DNA of 64,000 bases from Trichinella spiralis (taxonomy: Eukaryota): assembly GCF_000181795.1 (NCBI RefSeq), contig NW_003526941.1:8782858-8846857 (forward strand), given 5' to 3'. Every line of letters begins with the position of its first letter. Within the stretch, counting starts at the first letter, position 1. The translations under genes and the position numbers were made by a program. Below are positions 1 through 14,672 of this stretch, piece by piece. Under the pieces are notes generated by a model that had not been told where the DNA came from, did no database searches, and saw nothing but the letters and a program-made list of their open reading frames with translations.

Positions 1-2975
1 TAAAAGGTTAAAATGATTTCTTTCTGCACGACAACCGGTATTTCGTTGTTTTGCATAATAGAAAATACTAAGCGCTTAGTGATTGATATTCGACCTATTC
101 AATGCCACATGTAAGTGTCAAGTGAACGTATTCTACGTTTACATCTAGACGGCTGAGCTTAATAACAAATTGAAACATGAATGTTTTTGAACAACTAAAT
201 TAACATCATGAAACTGAGAATATGTATTTATTTTTTTTCAATTTCTGTGCATATTAAAATAAAAAGTAATCAAATACTTAAACATAGGCACGATCATGTA
301 AAGATATCAAGAAAATATATGTGTTAATATTCAATTTATACCTTGATACAATTTTCTTCACTTACATGCACATTTGCTACGCATCACAACAGTTTATTGA
401 AAATATGATCTATTGTTAGGATCTTTGCTTTTCTCTGATTGGTCTGCTACGTTGTAACCTTCTATCGGTGATTTGGAAATAAGTATACTGTATATTACCG
501 TATTTTTAATTATTAATTATATTTCCATGATTTTATTTTTGCTTTGTATTTTAATTCAATGCTGAAGAAAAATTTTCAATTTGATTATTTGACTGTTCAC
601 ACACATTGAGTATTTGATAACTGTGAAAAACAATATGCAAGTAATAAAAGTGGAATAGAGGCGCAAATCAAGGTGGATGCCAACAAAGTGAATTGAAGAA
701 GCGCACTATTGACTGAGTGGCAGGCTTATTTTCAAACTACTCTAATTTGCACAATTCACCCGTTACTTACATGCAGTGGATTTTTTCACTTGCTCAGTTA
801 ATTTGCAATATTGTGACGTTAATTTTTTTAAACAATTATTTATTCACTTTTGATAAACTGAATTTAGAATAGGAAATGGGAAGTTTTTTTCTCAATCTTA
901 TAGCAGTTGAATCGAAATTTTTTCAACAGACAAACTGCCCTTACGAAAGGCAATATTATTGATAAATTACTGTTTTGCTAATCTGAATTCATATATACAT
1001 TTTCTTGAATAATGTCATTTTATTACATTTCTTTATATATATTATATTCTACATTATCAGACGTATTCGATGCATTGTGGATGTGATGCAAAAGTGGCTC
1101 ACAAGCAGAAATAAATTTTTTAAGTGATTAAAGTGTTAATTCAAGTGATTAAACTATTAATGCTGAAAATTACAGCACAACCACAAATTGGTACAAAACG
1201 ACCGCTACAAAAGACACCGCATAAATTTTTATTACTTATTTATGCAGATTAGCCGTCACGTGTCAGGGTAATTGTAAACAGCTTCATGATAACTTTTCAA
1301 GTTGGATAACAATTTTTAATTTTAATAAATTTATGTTTTCTTTCTATAAACTGCTTGCTGACTACATTTGTTTAGAAAATTTGATTAAAAAATGTATATA
1401 AATAAGTTTTTTGCTTCATTCAATTAATTGCACAATTTATGAAATATCCCGTATGTAGATACATGCACATGAACAAACTCACTTACCACTGCATGCTGAA
1501 AACAATTACAATCGTATGTATGCGTTATTTATCATTCCACAGTTGCAGCTTTTAGAAATTTGTGTGCTGTTTCTTCGAATGGATCGATCACTCAGAACTG
1601 ACAACTAACGAAGTTTAAGAAACAGAATAATCAAAAAACTGATGGTAATTCGCTTATGGAGTTGGTAGCTTTGAAAATTTAGTGTTTCGTTATAGTCAAC
1701 CAAATTACAGTAAGAATGTTGAAAAAAATTTGAAAAAGATTAAAAGGTAATAAAAAGATTTTTAATAACAGTAGAAAAATTCAATGGTAAAAATAATTTG
1801 TGTTGATGTTGAAACAAAAAACTGTTTATCGCTTAATTAATTTTTTAATTCTTTTTTATTCGTATCACAAACTTCACACGTGTGAAACGAAAGCAACGGC
1901 AGCGGATGGCAAAGAAATTGGAAGTGAACACGATAAAGTTTCTCCAGTTGACTATTGGCGATCTTATCATCTGACGTGCAGCAATATAAATGTTAAATAC
2001 TGGATGTGCTGTACAAATGTTTAGGTGTAGTATCCGCAAACATGAAGTGGAAAACAGAAATGCCGCTCATGACAGCACTTTTTGTAAATGTTTTATCAGT
2101 GAAAATAAAATGTCCCATCCTGATTTTCAGACAGAGCCACTTTTCAAATGTAAAATTGAATAACAAAACGACACTGCCTGCTTTAATAAAGTAAAATAAA
2201 TTTTTTGAAACATTTTTTCCCTTTCAAATGAAGAACAAAGCATTCGTGACCAAAAAATGTAAACAGAACTGATAAAATTGTAGCGATCAACGTGCAGCGA
2301 TACAAAGTTGAAATACTGAAATATATTATCATTGACAAGTTAAGAGAGGAGAAGAGAAGAATTTTTGAAAATATAATTTCAAACTGAAAATTACAATTCT
2401 GAAATATTTATGTTGAACAAAAATGCACTGACAAACACTCACAATTCGAGGACAATTTGCGCACGGTTGCGATATCATGTTTACAATTTAACCACTGCAG
2501 GAAAGCATGCTTGCTATGTTAGGCTGATGTAGATATTATGCGGGTGTTGGTAGATAAATGATCTTCGTGTACTTTTATAATTTCAATTACGCAACATTGT
2601 ATTACCTTGAATATGATAGAATACCATGCCTCGAACGAACACTAGACAACAAATCGACCGCCGGCAAGTCCACCAACACAGCAAGCAGCACAATGACGAA
2701 ACTTAAACGTACGCACGGCTTTTTCTGACCAATATTTGCTCAGGTTCAAAATTATTTTCTCACGTTGAAAAAATACAATGGCAAAACCAAATATCATCGA
2801 ATGCAAATGAAAATACTACCAAAAATTGAAAACAACGCGCATATTTAACAAACTTTTCGTAAAACCTTCCAAATGATTGTTTCTGATTTAATACCTTATT
2901 TTTCTTTAAATATGTCTTACTGTAATATCAAAGATAACGCTATTTAGTGGTTTCTGGCATAGGTAGCTAGTGAAA

Positions 2976-3505
2976 ATGGTCCACAAGCCGAAATCGTGGA
3001 TGGAAAACTGGGATGACATAACTCCTGGAAAGTTGGTCTTCCCACCGGACAGTAAAAAGTATTTCGACAAAGAAACTAATGAAGCGATGATAAGGAATTT
3101 GCAGCCGCGTCCTGTCGATTTGAGATTCACTCAATGCAATCGTACGAAGTATGGAAAATAGTTTTTCTGGCCGCATTTTAAATTGTTACTTGTTGTTTTC
3201 AATTGCACAAACAGTGAATAAAATGACTTTGATAATATTATTAATTTCACGAATTTCATGCTTGATTTTCAGGGAATGTTACACGTATTACATCAATTAT
3301 CATCGTTGCATGAATTTGAAAGGCAATTCCGAAGATTGTAAATTATTCAAAGCGTTGTATGAAGATATTTGTCCGCAAACAACGGTCTGTTTAATTTTAT
3401 CATGTATTAATATTATGTATATTTTAATTTTACTAAACGTTTTAGATCGAAAAATGGGATAGATGGGTAGCGGAAGGTCGTTATCCAAATAATTTGAAAT
3501 ATTAA
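2976..3505 (+). CDS. cox-6B: Cytochrome c oxidase subunit 6B; exons 2976-3148, 3273-3384, 3446-3505
   Basis: Spliced translation ...PVDLRFTQCNRTK|ECYTYYINYHRCMNLKGNSEDCKLFKALYEDICPQTT|IEKWDRWVAEGRYPNNLKY* has the COX6B four-cysteine pattern plus the DxRF..N and W...EG.(F/Y)P motifs. Both introns are GT-AG and keep frame. Confidence 0.92.
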
Positions 3506-3575
3506 CATGGAAGGCAATTTATATTTAGTGTTTATTTGAATTTTAAATTAAAACTTTGACAAATCTATCTGTGTG

Positions 3576-5046
3576 TTATTCGCTAACAATACTATTCAAA
3601 TCTGCTACCTGTGAAATCTGTCCATTGAAGAAGATAACATTGTCACCTTCGACGCAAGCAAAGTGCAGGGGCCTGTCATCAGAGAATTGAGCTTGTAGTT
3701 GACGAATTTCGTCAGGCGTAAGCAAAGGTTCGTCAGGGCTATATGAAAATATTCCATTATAAAATAATATTCATCCTGTTGCGCAAAATTGCATTACCTA
3801 ATGAGCATGACATGGTGATCGGGATTCATGTGCGACGTCAAAGTGAAACCTGAATTTGCCAGGTAGACATCGTAAACAATGGGTTTTGTTTCCTGAAGCC
3901 TATCGTGTATTTCTGGCGATAACCTGTAATAATGTTGAAATCAGTGAAAATGTTTTAAAAAAAGTGTTACGGTAACAACTTGTGTTCTTCTACGGCATTT
4001 TTGTGTTCCAACCACGACTTTGCCTCGTCTTTCAATAGCACCAATGGATCAGTTGAAGGGTGGTGAAACGTATCATCGTCAGATTGATCACTGTGGCTTT
4101 TGTAAAGAGACCAATCAATTGTTTTCCGGCTTGGTTCCACGTGATGTAAAATTGGCAAATAACATTCGTCAGGAAATGGGGATTTGTAAATTTCTTCTCC
4201 GGAGGACATGTTGGGAATTTCAGGTGCATCAGAAGTGGACGCTCTTTCTGCGGGCAAAATTTCACAACTACTACAAGCTGCTGGTGCTGAAGCCCGCTTC
4301 TTCTTTGATCGATGTCGAATTACGATGTAACCGGATTTTCTGAGATGAAAGTAAAGCACGCAGTGCTCGTAGGTTATGCTTTCGTCGAAGAACTTGTGCA
4401 ACGCCTCAGCAACCGATAACGGCCTTCCATTTTCAAGAACAATTGCAGCGCACTGCGTATTAAAGTAACGTGCTTGGTGAACATTGGAAATTCGAATTTA
4501 AATTCTACAAAATTACCATGCAAAGCAAATAAAGTGCCTCTTCCGGATATAGATGCCTTTTTCCACCAACTGTTCGACCCATGTGTTTCCACAGTTTTCC
4601 CTAAAGTAGTTGGAAATTCAATAACAAAAATTTCACAATCGGAAACCTATTATTATTTATTACCTTCATTTTGTTTAAAATAAACGTTTTACAAATCGGA
4701 TTAAAATCAATTTCACATTGCCTGCAGCTGAAATATCAATCTCAACTTGATCACCAGTCACCAGCAAAAATCAAGCTTACTGATTAACGTAACATGGAGA
4801 GTTGAAAATGCTCTCCAAGTCCGATAAGGTGCTGCGGAAAATTTTCATTGCGGTTGGCTTCATCGTAGCCTGCGGTCGTTTGTGGCCACTGCAGTGAAAT
4901 TTGGATGTTAAAGTAAATATTGATTCATCTGATTGAATCTGCTGCTCCCTGAAAGCGGTTTGCAAATAGAATAAATTTTATTAACAAACGATACTGCTCA
5001 TTTTGTACCATTCTTCATCGCTAGATTCACTTGAATCCACTTCCAT
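3576..5046 (-). CDS. tsen-54: tRNA-splicing endonuclease subunit Sen54 (multi-exon)
   Basis: Spliced segments GKLWKHMGRTVGGKRHLYPEEALYLLCM, RPLSVAEALHKF..YEHCVLYFHLRKSGYIVIRH, YDVYL and C-terminal PLHFACVEGDNVIFF match TSEN54 hallmarks. ATG at 5046 (MEVDSSESSDEEW), TAA at 3576-3578. Confidence 0.88.
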
Positions 5047-5640
5047 ATTCTCTTATTTGAAAAATAAATTTTTATCTTCAGAAGCTGAATTTCAATTTAA
5101 CTTCCCATTATTGTAATAAATAAAAATGTTCAATTTGAAAAGTAACATTGCAGTCATATTGTAATTACAAATGGAAATGCAGGAATAAATTTTAAAATTT
5201 CAAACTGAAACAAAAATTTCCATCAAAAGAACATAAACAAATTAAACAAATATAAAAATAAAATTTTGAAGAACAATAAAAACAATTAAATAAAATTTAA
5301 TTGAATAAATTATGTATGTTATCATTTTCGTCTTTTGTAATGATTTAAATTTATAATAATTGTTCTATTTGTCTTGCTAAATTCAACTTGATGAAAATCA
5401 AAATTTTGTGTAGTACTAGTAATGCGCAGGGGTGAAATTGATCAATAAATTTCATAGTATTGCATATATGCAAATATCAAATGCAGAGATACTTTTGCAG
5501 AATTAACTGTAAGATAGGAATTTTGAAATGCACCGGTTCACGTGTTTATTTTGCAACAGTTGAAACACAAAAGCAAGGTTATGTAATTTAAATTGAAGGC
5601 CGTTGAAATAGACAGCATTTTGAAAAAAAAGGGAGTAAAT

Positions 5641-8600
5641 TTAATCTTCTTTCAGCGGTTCCAGTACGTGCCACTGAGCAGTTGAACGACGAGGCGAATT
5701 GATCATATCCATCCAATGTCTCAAACCCAATCCACTGGAATTGGGACCAATCTGCACGCGACCAATGGCATCGTTGGAACCAACTCGATCGTAATCCATC
5801 ACCGTTATAACCAAATGAACACGCTGAAATCGTAATAATTTTCACTGCAAGATTGTCATCATCAATACAACAGATACCTGCAATTTTTCGGGTGAAACTT
5901 CAAAACCAAACGATTCATTGTAATATGGATTCAATGTTTTCATTTTAATTGTAGTTTTCTTCTTTTCAAGACGCTTGTTGCCCATCATCAAATAAATTTT
6001 TACGTATGGATCTGAAAATATCCGATTTCAGATATCGGAAGTACAATAATAGAGAGAAACAAACAGTGATCAAATAGATTTAAAACAATCAAAAAAGTGC
6101 AGCTTAAATTTCCAACTTTACGTTTCGCTGTTTATCGTTGCAGCAAGACAAACAAATAAATTTGAAAATCGAATATTATATGATTATTAATTTCACCTTG
6201 TGTGCACATAATTAATTGAACGTTAATCAAATCATCTCTGTTCAAAGCCGAATTTGGCATTCTGAAATTTATAGAAATAGAATCAAAGTAAAATTCATCA
6301 TCATCATCATCAAAAATCTATCTACATCTGAACAGTTTGCTGAAACAATATCATCACATCAGCCATTATTAGGCTAATCAATTAGACTGCAGAAAGTATT
6401 AACATCAGGAGAAGACAGAATCAGCAACTCTTTGTCAACACGAGCAAAGTCGCTTCTGAATGGTTTTATTGATGAAAGTTGTTGATTACAAAGTCATTAT
6501 TGTCTTCAATAAATACTCGAATAAGCATGTCAACTGCAAAGCTTTATCGACTCCACTGGCGATGAACAGAAATCTACTTTTAATAGATTGAATTAACGTG
6601 CAACGAAAAACAAGCATCCCAAATAAACCTATGCAAAATGATTTCGCCTATTGGTACAGCTCCTCCAGCTATCTGTGATAACGAACTGATCAACGGACAA
6701 ATTAAAAGCTGCGTTGCAAAGAAAGCAACAACACGTTTGCGATAAGCAAGAAACGCATTCTCCACCATTAAGCGAAGGAAAAATCAAATAAACTGCTTGT
6801 TCATAAATTTCGTTTCCCTCATCACGGCGATCTGGCCGATTTTGATTAACCAATAATTGCCGAGCAATGAATTATTTTCCACATTAAAAACAACAAACTG
6901 AAAACCTACTCACATCATTAATCATAGTCATATACATTTGGGAAACAATTAGGAAATATCAGCTATGAAAAGTAATGTAATAATAGCATGAAAAAAAACA
7001 GCTTCATTTGGACAAGCAGTTTCATTTTATATTTATATCAATGCACACTAATGGAATAAAAAAGAAAAAGAAATTACAAGTATCATTATCCCAGCTATTT
7101 ATAAATTTAAATGTGACATTGAAATTTTCAACGTCAAACAGTTGCACTTACCTGAAAGTCCGATGACATCCATCTTTTTCAAATTCTTTGCTTCCATAAC
7201 AACTACGTTCAGCTTGCTTTTATTTGGTACATATCGCAGCGCTAGACAAACTTCTCCAAGACGATTTTCCTAAAAACAAAAAATAATCTATGGAAATAGA
7301 AAATGCAAATAAAAAAGCAATGCAATCTGAAATTTTAGCAGTAAAATTTGCATCGTGCATGCTTTTAAATTGTGCATTGTGATGAGCAATGATGATCAGC
7401 AAGCAATTTTTCAAACAACATTACAAACAATGAAGCTACAGAATGATAAACTGATAAACAAACTGAAAAGATATTGCAATAGATGAATAAATAAATAAAT
7501 AAATAATTAATTAATTAATACATTAATTTTGTATTAAAAATAAAATAATGCAAATGCTTTTGTACCTCAGTGGTTTTCATGCTCAGTTGGCCAGTGGAAG
7601 GCGTTTCTGAGCAAGTGGTAATTGAAGACCTTCCGTGAGATAAACTACGCGGAAAGACAAACAGTCCTGCAGGCTGGCCGATTCTGACCATTGTCAGCTA
7701 AATCGAAGCTGGCTTATGGGGAACAAGAGAAAGAGAAAGAGAGAGAGAGAGAAGGTTGGGGGGCAAACAGACTGCTTGTCCAGCCTGCTCAAAGGGAAAT
7801 ATCTGATTCACTGGTCTCAGTGCCGGTACTGCTTAGAGTGAACAAAGTTTCAGAAGAATAAAGCACCGGACGACAGGTCATTTAAATATAAGCTCATCAA
7901 ACACTGAATCACTCCCTTGATTATTTAATGCAAGTTTTCAGCTTACTGGAGGCGGTTGAATGCATCGAGTCTGACGGACCACCTCCCCCAGATCAACCGA
8001 ATTCAGAGGCACTTGCAACTGACCAATCTGATCGTTTTTGCCAAATCGATCGAAATCGTAGATTGAAAATAGTAATGTTTTGCTCGGCAATTCGTTGTAC
8101 GGAACCTAAAGTGCAGTGCATCATTAGCTCATAAAAGCGGACCAACTAAAATCAATTTACTTTGAATACAAACGTTTCGTTGAAAACTGGATTCAATGTC
8201 TTGCGATGTACCTGAGTTTGAAACTTTTTCTTCTTCTCTGGCATAAGATACAGCTTAACGTACGGATCAGATGTGCCGCTTAAATCCATAGCCGGAAGTT
8301 CTTGGCCATCGACAACAGTCACTGAAAGCTAAAAAAAGAAAAAGAAAATTTCTCTTTGTTCAATCGTGCTTGAAACACTGCTATGCATAATTTATGAAAC
8401 ATGTATTAATTTTTACCCAGAGCATATATCGGATGAAAAGATAAATGCACAATTACTCAACATTAATAATAATAATAATATTATTATTAATGTATTAGTA
8501 GTTAGCGTGAAATTAAAGAAGATTTTCCCCTTAAAAACTCAAAGAAAATCTATATTTTCTATACGAATTATTTCATTACCAGAAATTTCATCCATTTCAT

Positions 8601-11600
8601 AATTGCATGCATATAGTGACAGATTTTATTAAATATACTGGAAAAGAATTTTTTTCAAATAAATATGCAGCTTTCGGGTGTTTATTAGAGAAATATGCCT
8701 GCTGTTCATTGCACCAGTTGAAAAAGTAATGAAATAATTCACGGAAGAAAAATTTGACTGAAAAACTGAATATCCATTTTTCACTGAAATAATTGCAGTT
8801 TTGCTGTCATTTTTTGAATGGAAAAAAGATTTTCAAACAATTAATTTCAAAATATGAAATAATGATAATGAATTGGTCAAAATACAATTATGTGAAATGC
8901 CACAAGCAATCAATCAATAATAGCTCTTCATTAATAATTATAAGAAAATTAATAAAGTGAAAATTTCTTAAAATCATTTCAACTGGCTTATTAAAAATAA
9001 TCAGTTATTGTTTTTGAAAAATAATAGATTTTTCCTTACAACGATAAAAATTCCACTTCTATTTGCAAAGTGGAATCAATTTTAACAAAGAAAAAAAAAT
9101 TAATTTTTTGACAACAACAACAACAAAACTGTTTTTCAATGAAACAATCTTTTCTTGTCGTAAGGGCAATAAGTGAATAATTTTCAAATTACTAATATGC
9201 TTATTGAATAATCATGATAACAATGTTTATTTTATTCTTGAATAACGTCATCTTTAAAAGTTTCTTTATGCACAGTTCATCAGAAAATTGCTCCTGATCC
9301 TAATATAATGATAAAATAATTTTGACTCAATCAAACAATTATCTGTCATGTCTGGCAATAGGGCAGGCAATTGAAACTTTCGAATGAAGTGAAAACAAAA
9401 AATTGAAACGTGATTATCAAACTTTGCAAATGCAAAAATTACCATAATTTAAAGAAAAAAAATGTTTGCAATCACACTTGAGAAAAAGGACAAATAACAA
9501 AATTGTGGCAAGAAGGAAAACAGAAAGAAAAATTAACTTGTTCAGCGTTGAAAGCACGGGCTAGTTGATTAGCATTTTGCATTTTCAATTGGAATTTTAG
9601 AAAATTGGAAATTGACACTAATTGAAACAACAAAACGTTCAACGAAGCATATCTTTGAACGAAAAACGCATTTTCTCATCGAAGAAAAAACCGACAATGT
9701 CGAACTGAAAGCGGATAAAATGTCGTTCCGGTCAAATCAGTGTAAATTGCAATTAGACAAATTTTCAACTTCAGAAATATACTATGCTCATGAATACTGA
9801 TTAGCATGACTGCTGACCATGTTACAAAATAAGTTTCTATTAATTAAACAGCCGAAATATGATGAAAACAAGAACATCCATGGCACACTGTTGTTATTCA
9901 ATTTTCTCTTTATTATCCTCAATTAACATGATAAAATTGATTCACTTTTTCCAATTTTCAGTCAAACATTTTCACAAAAATATTCAACTCACACTTGATG
10001 TTTCTGCTTTCACGTTAGTCAAGCAATGATTAAAGATTCCATCCACTTTTAAACAAACAAACAAACAAATCAAATCACTGGTTTAAATAAGTTTCCGTAT
10101 AATTTTAAACTGTTCCTATTAAGAAACGCTAATGTTCAAAATTATTCAAAGCGCTCAACATTCTAGAATATTTAAAGATTTTCAATTTCGATGAAAAAAG
10201 AATCATCATTCACAAATCAAATCACAAAATAAATTTCTTATATAAAAATAAACAAAATTAATAACTTTTTTTCATAAAAAAGAACAATTGAATGTTTAGT
10301 TTAAATAAACTGCTGGTTTAAAAAAGTACAGTTGAAACATAACTTGAAAATCAATTTACGATAATTTTGAAAAAGTGAAAAAAAGAATTCACTTTTTCAT
10401 AAATTTCAGTTGATAAAGATATACAGTTGGCAAGTACACATATGCCTGAAAATAATACTAACTGAAACGACAATTTTGCTTTTTGGATACACGAAACAGT
10501 ATACAAATACAACAGTTTTTTTAAGGAAAAATTTTAAGCATTACAACAATGACACTAACATGTAGAACTTATTATTTTCATGAGTAGAATTTCTAATCAC
10601 ACGCAATCACTGATAATTATCGCATGGACAAACAAATACCACTGAATACCAAAAACAACAACTAACTTAGTAATAATAATTGTACCACATTTCAAAGTGA
10701 AATTAAAACACAATCCCAGCTGTGAATTTGTGAAATTTTTCTACATTTGCTATTCAACATTTAGTTTCTTGTTCACGTGGACTATTTTTCAGTTTAATTT
10801 GCAATTAACAAATAAAAAATCCCTAACAAGCAATGTTGTGGCAAAATGTAAACAAAGACATAATAAAGAGTTCCGTTTCCATGTTATTTAGCATACAAGT
10901 TATTTCACGGTGCTGTTTGCTCAACAGTATGCCTATATGCAATTACAATCTTCGGCCTATTATTATTATTATTCAAACATTCAAATGTTGCCTAATGGAA
11001 AAGCAATTTGCATTTACCGTGGTGCTAGCGATAAAGTAAACCCAAATGATTCTCATTGAAGAAATTATGAGAAAACGAATTCTATGAACAATTTTCACGC
11101 AATTTAATGCAGAATAAGTCACCTAATTATTAAGCATGCAATTCAGTGTAAAACAATACTAATTAAAGCTGCTGAAAATACTAATCAACACCAATGAATT
11201 GTTATTAATATAAAAAGACTTTATGAAAAGAATTGCATAAAATTTTTCAAATTGACCATAAATTAGAGTAACTGAAATTGCAAAAAAAACGATAAATTGT
11301 TTGCATATGTTACGAAATAGAAAAGACTGACAACGCTTGAAACAATTTCGCATAAAAATTCAGAAAATTATTGCAATACAACAACGGCAAAAGAATTGTT
11401 TTGGCCATCAAATGAATAATAATAGTTTGTCTGATTTTGTAGAAAGTGAATAACGAATTGATGATAGCCAAAAAGCCGAATAGATTCATTTATGGGCCCA
11501 AATAAGTTGTTCCATGCGTATGATGATGTACCAGCAGTTTGTTAGTCACTAGCGAGAGTGAACTGCATTCTTGCATCGGCAAGAGAGCAATTTCACATCC

Positions 11601-14600
11601 GACAACAATAATGTGTGCAAAATGGAACTTTCCGTTGTTGTTTATATTAAAGTAACGCATTAAACAGGCAAAGTTGGAAAATTTTGAAAGATCGATTCCA
11701 ATGCAGTAATGCTTCTTTGCTGCTTTATGGGCGCGGCTTTACTAGCAGCAACGCACTAGTGGACTTTAAAGCTGTCGACTGAGATGCAAATATGATGCGC
11801 AGTGTACCAACCAGATTGTCAGTGTGACTTTTCAATTTTGCCATAACAAAATTGATCGATAACAATTTTCCAAGACAAAATTCACCAAGCAAAATGAATA
11901 AATCAGCGAATGTGAAAAAGTTTTGTTTCACAATTAAAACAACTAAATTGTGCCCAGTATCCCAGTGCTCGTAGAAAGATGAATTTGAAAATTTAATCAA
12001 AATTTAATAATAACTTTTCCATACATGAACTATATCCATACTTTCAAATAACATAATGCATAAGAGTAATAACGGAAAACAATTGCCAACATAAAATTGG
12101 CAATATAAATTACTTTTTTTTCTGCAAATCAATTTCTCAAGACAAGCACATGATGAATAAGCTGCCAGTAAAAATGGTTCTTATTGGAAAGTAAACTTTC
12201 ATCGCGTGAAAGTACCATCATGTATGGCATGTTGGTATCTTCTATTCATTGATTTTAACGCCAAATTTATGCATCACATAACTAACTAGCAGTGCAAGAT
12301 TTGTAAACAACTAATTCATCAGTTAATTTGAAAATGAAACTTTAAATCAAGAATTTATCTCTTTCTCGCACCTGGGATAAACATTCCATCACTGTGCACA
12401 ATGGTCACTATGTACTAGATTAAATACTAGAATATAAAGTAAATCCGTACTGTATCATTTGACAATGAACAATAATCAGTGATCAATTGATGATTTTCTC
12501 GTTTTGTCTTATTCTACAGATCTATTATCATTTTGTATAAATATATCTATTATCTACTATTTATTGATTTTGCTTCCAATTTCGGCTGCAAATACGGCAG
12601 TACAATATTTCATTTAATTATAAAAATATTTTGTTGTTGTATCAAATTAAAACAGTTTAATTTTAGCTCATGTTCAACAGAAATGAGAAATTTTAGCAAA
12701 GTAAAAGGATTTTTCGTTCGATTTCAAAGCAGTAACGATTGCAACGAATGAATGACGACGATCAATATGAATTGAAAGTAACGAACATAGGTAAACATTT
12801 TTAGCTGCAATCAACACTGGATGACGAGACGGATGCTGCGCCTCGTAAAACAATGAACCATCATCTTGTGCTTATCACGCTAAGAAATCAATACTAATCT
12901 GATTTGAATAATTTCTCCAGCTCCAACGGTATATTACCACACGGTGAATAATTGCTCGCTATTCTTTCACGTCCCGTTTAATAACATTAATAATAAAAAT
13001 CGATCATTTCAAATCACTAACTGCAGAAAATTTCTCACCAGCAACAAGTCACTTAATTCAACCTTTCCACAATAGCAAATAAACACAAATATTACGCTAA
13101 TACAAAAATGCAAAACAATCCCACTGTTATATTCTCTGAACAATTTCATCATTTCATTCATTCATTCATTCATTGAGTAGATTGAACAAAATTTCTGGTA
13201 AGAGGAATTTCGATGTACAGAACAAGTGAAATATTTTTCCTTCACAAAGAAATCAATAAGAAAATTATCACAATGCATCACTGACATGATTGACCAGAAT
13301 TTCAATTTTCCACTAGTTTTTCTTATACAACTAAATTTGCATGGATCATCAATATCAAATAATAGCTATTGTGTGAATTTCACTTCAAGAACAAACAGCT
13401 AAGCTAAACATATAACACAAAACACAGCACCATTATTTCCCATTTCCCTGCTGTTTTATCAAACTTTGTCATCATATTCACCACCAACATGTCAGTCAAA
13501 AACATTAAAAAAACACAAAATTTGTGTACAATAATAATAAAAAAAGACACTGAATGGAAATTCAGTGAACAATTCAAATGGAAAAGTTTCCTTCCTAAAT
13601 AAATAAATTAGTAGAAAAATTCTTTTCAATAACTGACCAATCACAATTTTTTGCTAATATTCAGTGCCAAATTGTCATTTATCAAATAAATAAAAAGATG
13701 CTAGAAAAATGAAATGAAAGTAAAAATGCAAGAAATGATATGACGAAGAAAAAACAAAAATAAAAGAATAAAATATGACGTTCAGTTGAATAATTGAATT
13801 TGTTGATTCAGTTAAAATGATCTATCCACACACACACACAATTCTCAGCTGATGTTTCAAAGTGAACATTAAAAATGACATGCCAGTCACATTAATGGCA
13901 AGCAAACATTTTTTCATCAATTTACCATTAAATTTTGTGACATTGTTCAACAAGCTAACCAAAATTGTTTCATTCAAACTCTACCATAAACATCTCCCCT
14001 GACATCTACCTCAAAGCTTTGAAATGAAAAAAAAATTTTTTTTAATAAAAAAATTTTTATGAAATGATGGAAATTATTGTCTGATACAAATTCCATCAGC
14101 TCAGATTAAGCTCAAGCGTGAAGAGGAGAGCTCGGATTTCAAGCGGAAGTGCAAAAGAAATTGCCCATTCTCTCTCACTATATAAGCAGGATGAGCATGA
14201 CCTGCACATTATTAAGCAGGCTATTATTATTCAATTGGCCGATCGGTTGCAATTTGGCTTCAAATCTAGCGCGACGAAAAAAGTCAATCATCACTAACAA
14301 GTCGCTTTTATGTGAATGGTAAAAGGGAAAAATCAAAATTATGAATAATAATAATGATTATTATTATTCATACTATAAATGCCGTGGTATTTTTTGGAAA
14401 AATTTCAGCTAAATTATCAAATGAAAAATTGATTTCATAGAAAAGAAAAAAAATAAATCACACACATATTTACATATATCTTCCAATCTTAACATTGATA
14501 AATGAATGATTCACGCGCATACATACATACATACATACATACATATTGGAAATTTACATTTTTTTCAATATTCACTTACTTGTCCTTTTTCGAAATCATA

Positions 14601-14672
14601 ATCGAGCACGTAGGAGAGTTTTCCCAAATATTTCGGTTCAGCTTTTGAAGTTGCATTTCCAGTACTGGCCAT
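5641..14672 (-). CDS. snt-3: Synaptotagmin with tandem C2A/C2B domains and no visible TM segment (SNT-3 type); exons 14672-14580, 8328-8161, 8105-7947, 7269-7152, 6011-5878, 5823-5641 (284 aa)
   Basis: C2[52 protein letters not shown]2[66 protein letters not shown]. All exon phases are compatible and all five Ca2+-ligand Asp are present in each domain. The start codon is less certain than the domains. Confidence 0.88.
7566..7697 (-). CDS. Candidate in-frame cassette exon (132 nt, 44 aa) in the synaptotagmin C2A-C2B linker
   Basis: TTTAG acceptor downstream of a (CT)-rich pyrimidine tract, an open phase-0 frame [44 protein letters not shown], and a GAG|GTACA donor. It is a GC-richer island in an AT-rich intron. 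Confidence 0.5.

Noticed and set aside
1..2900. Scattered minus-strand GTAAGT donors and short hydrophobic frames
   Set aside because: They could not be assembled into a coherent gene; such motifs arise by chance in AT-rich DNA.
6013..7151. Possible nested gene in a synaptotagmin intron (ORFs at 6580-6853)
   Set aside because: Short ORFs with no splice support or homology.
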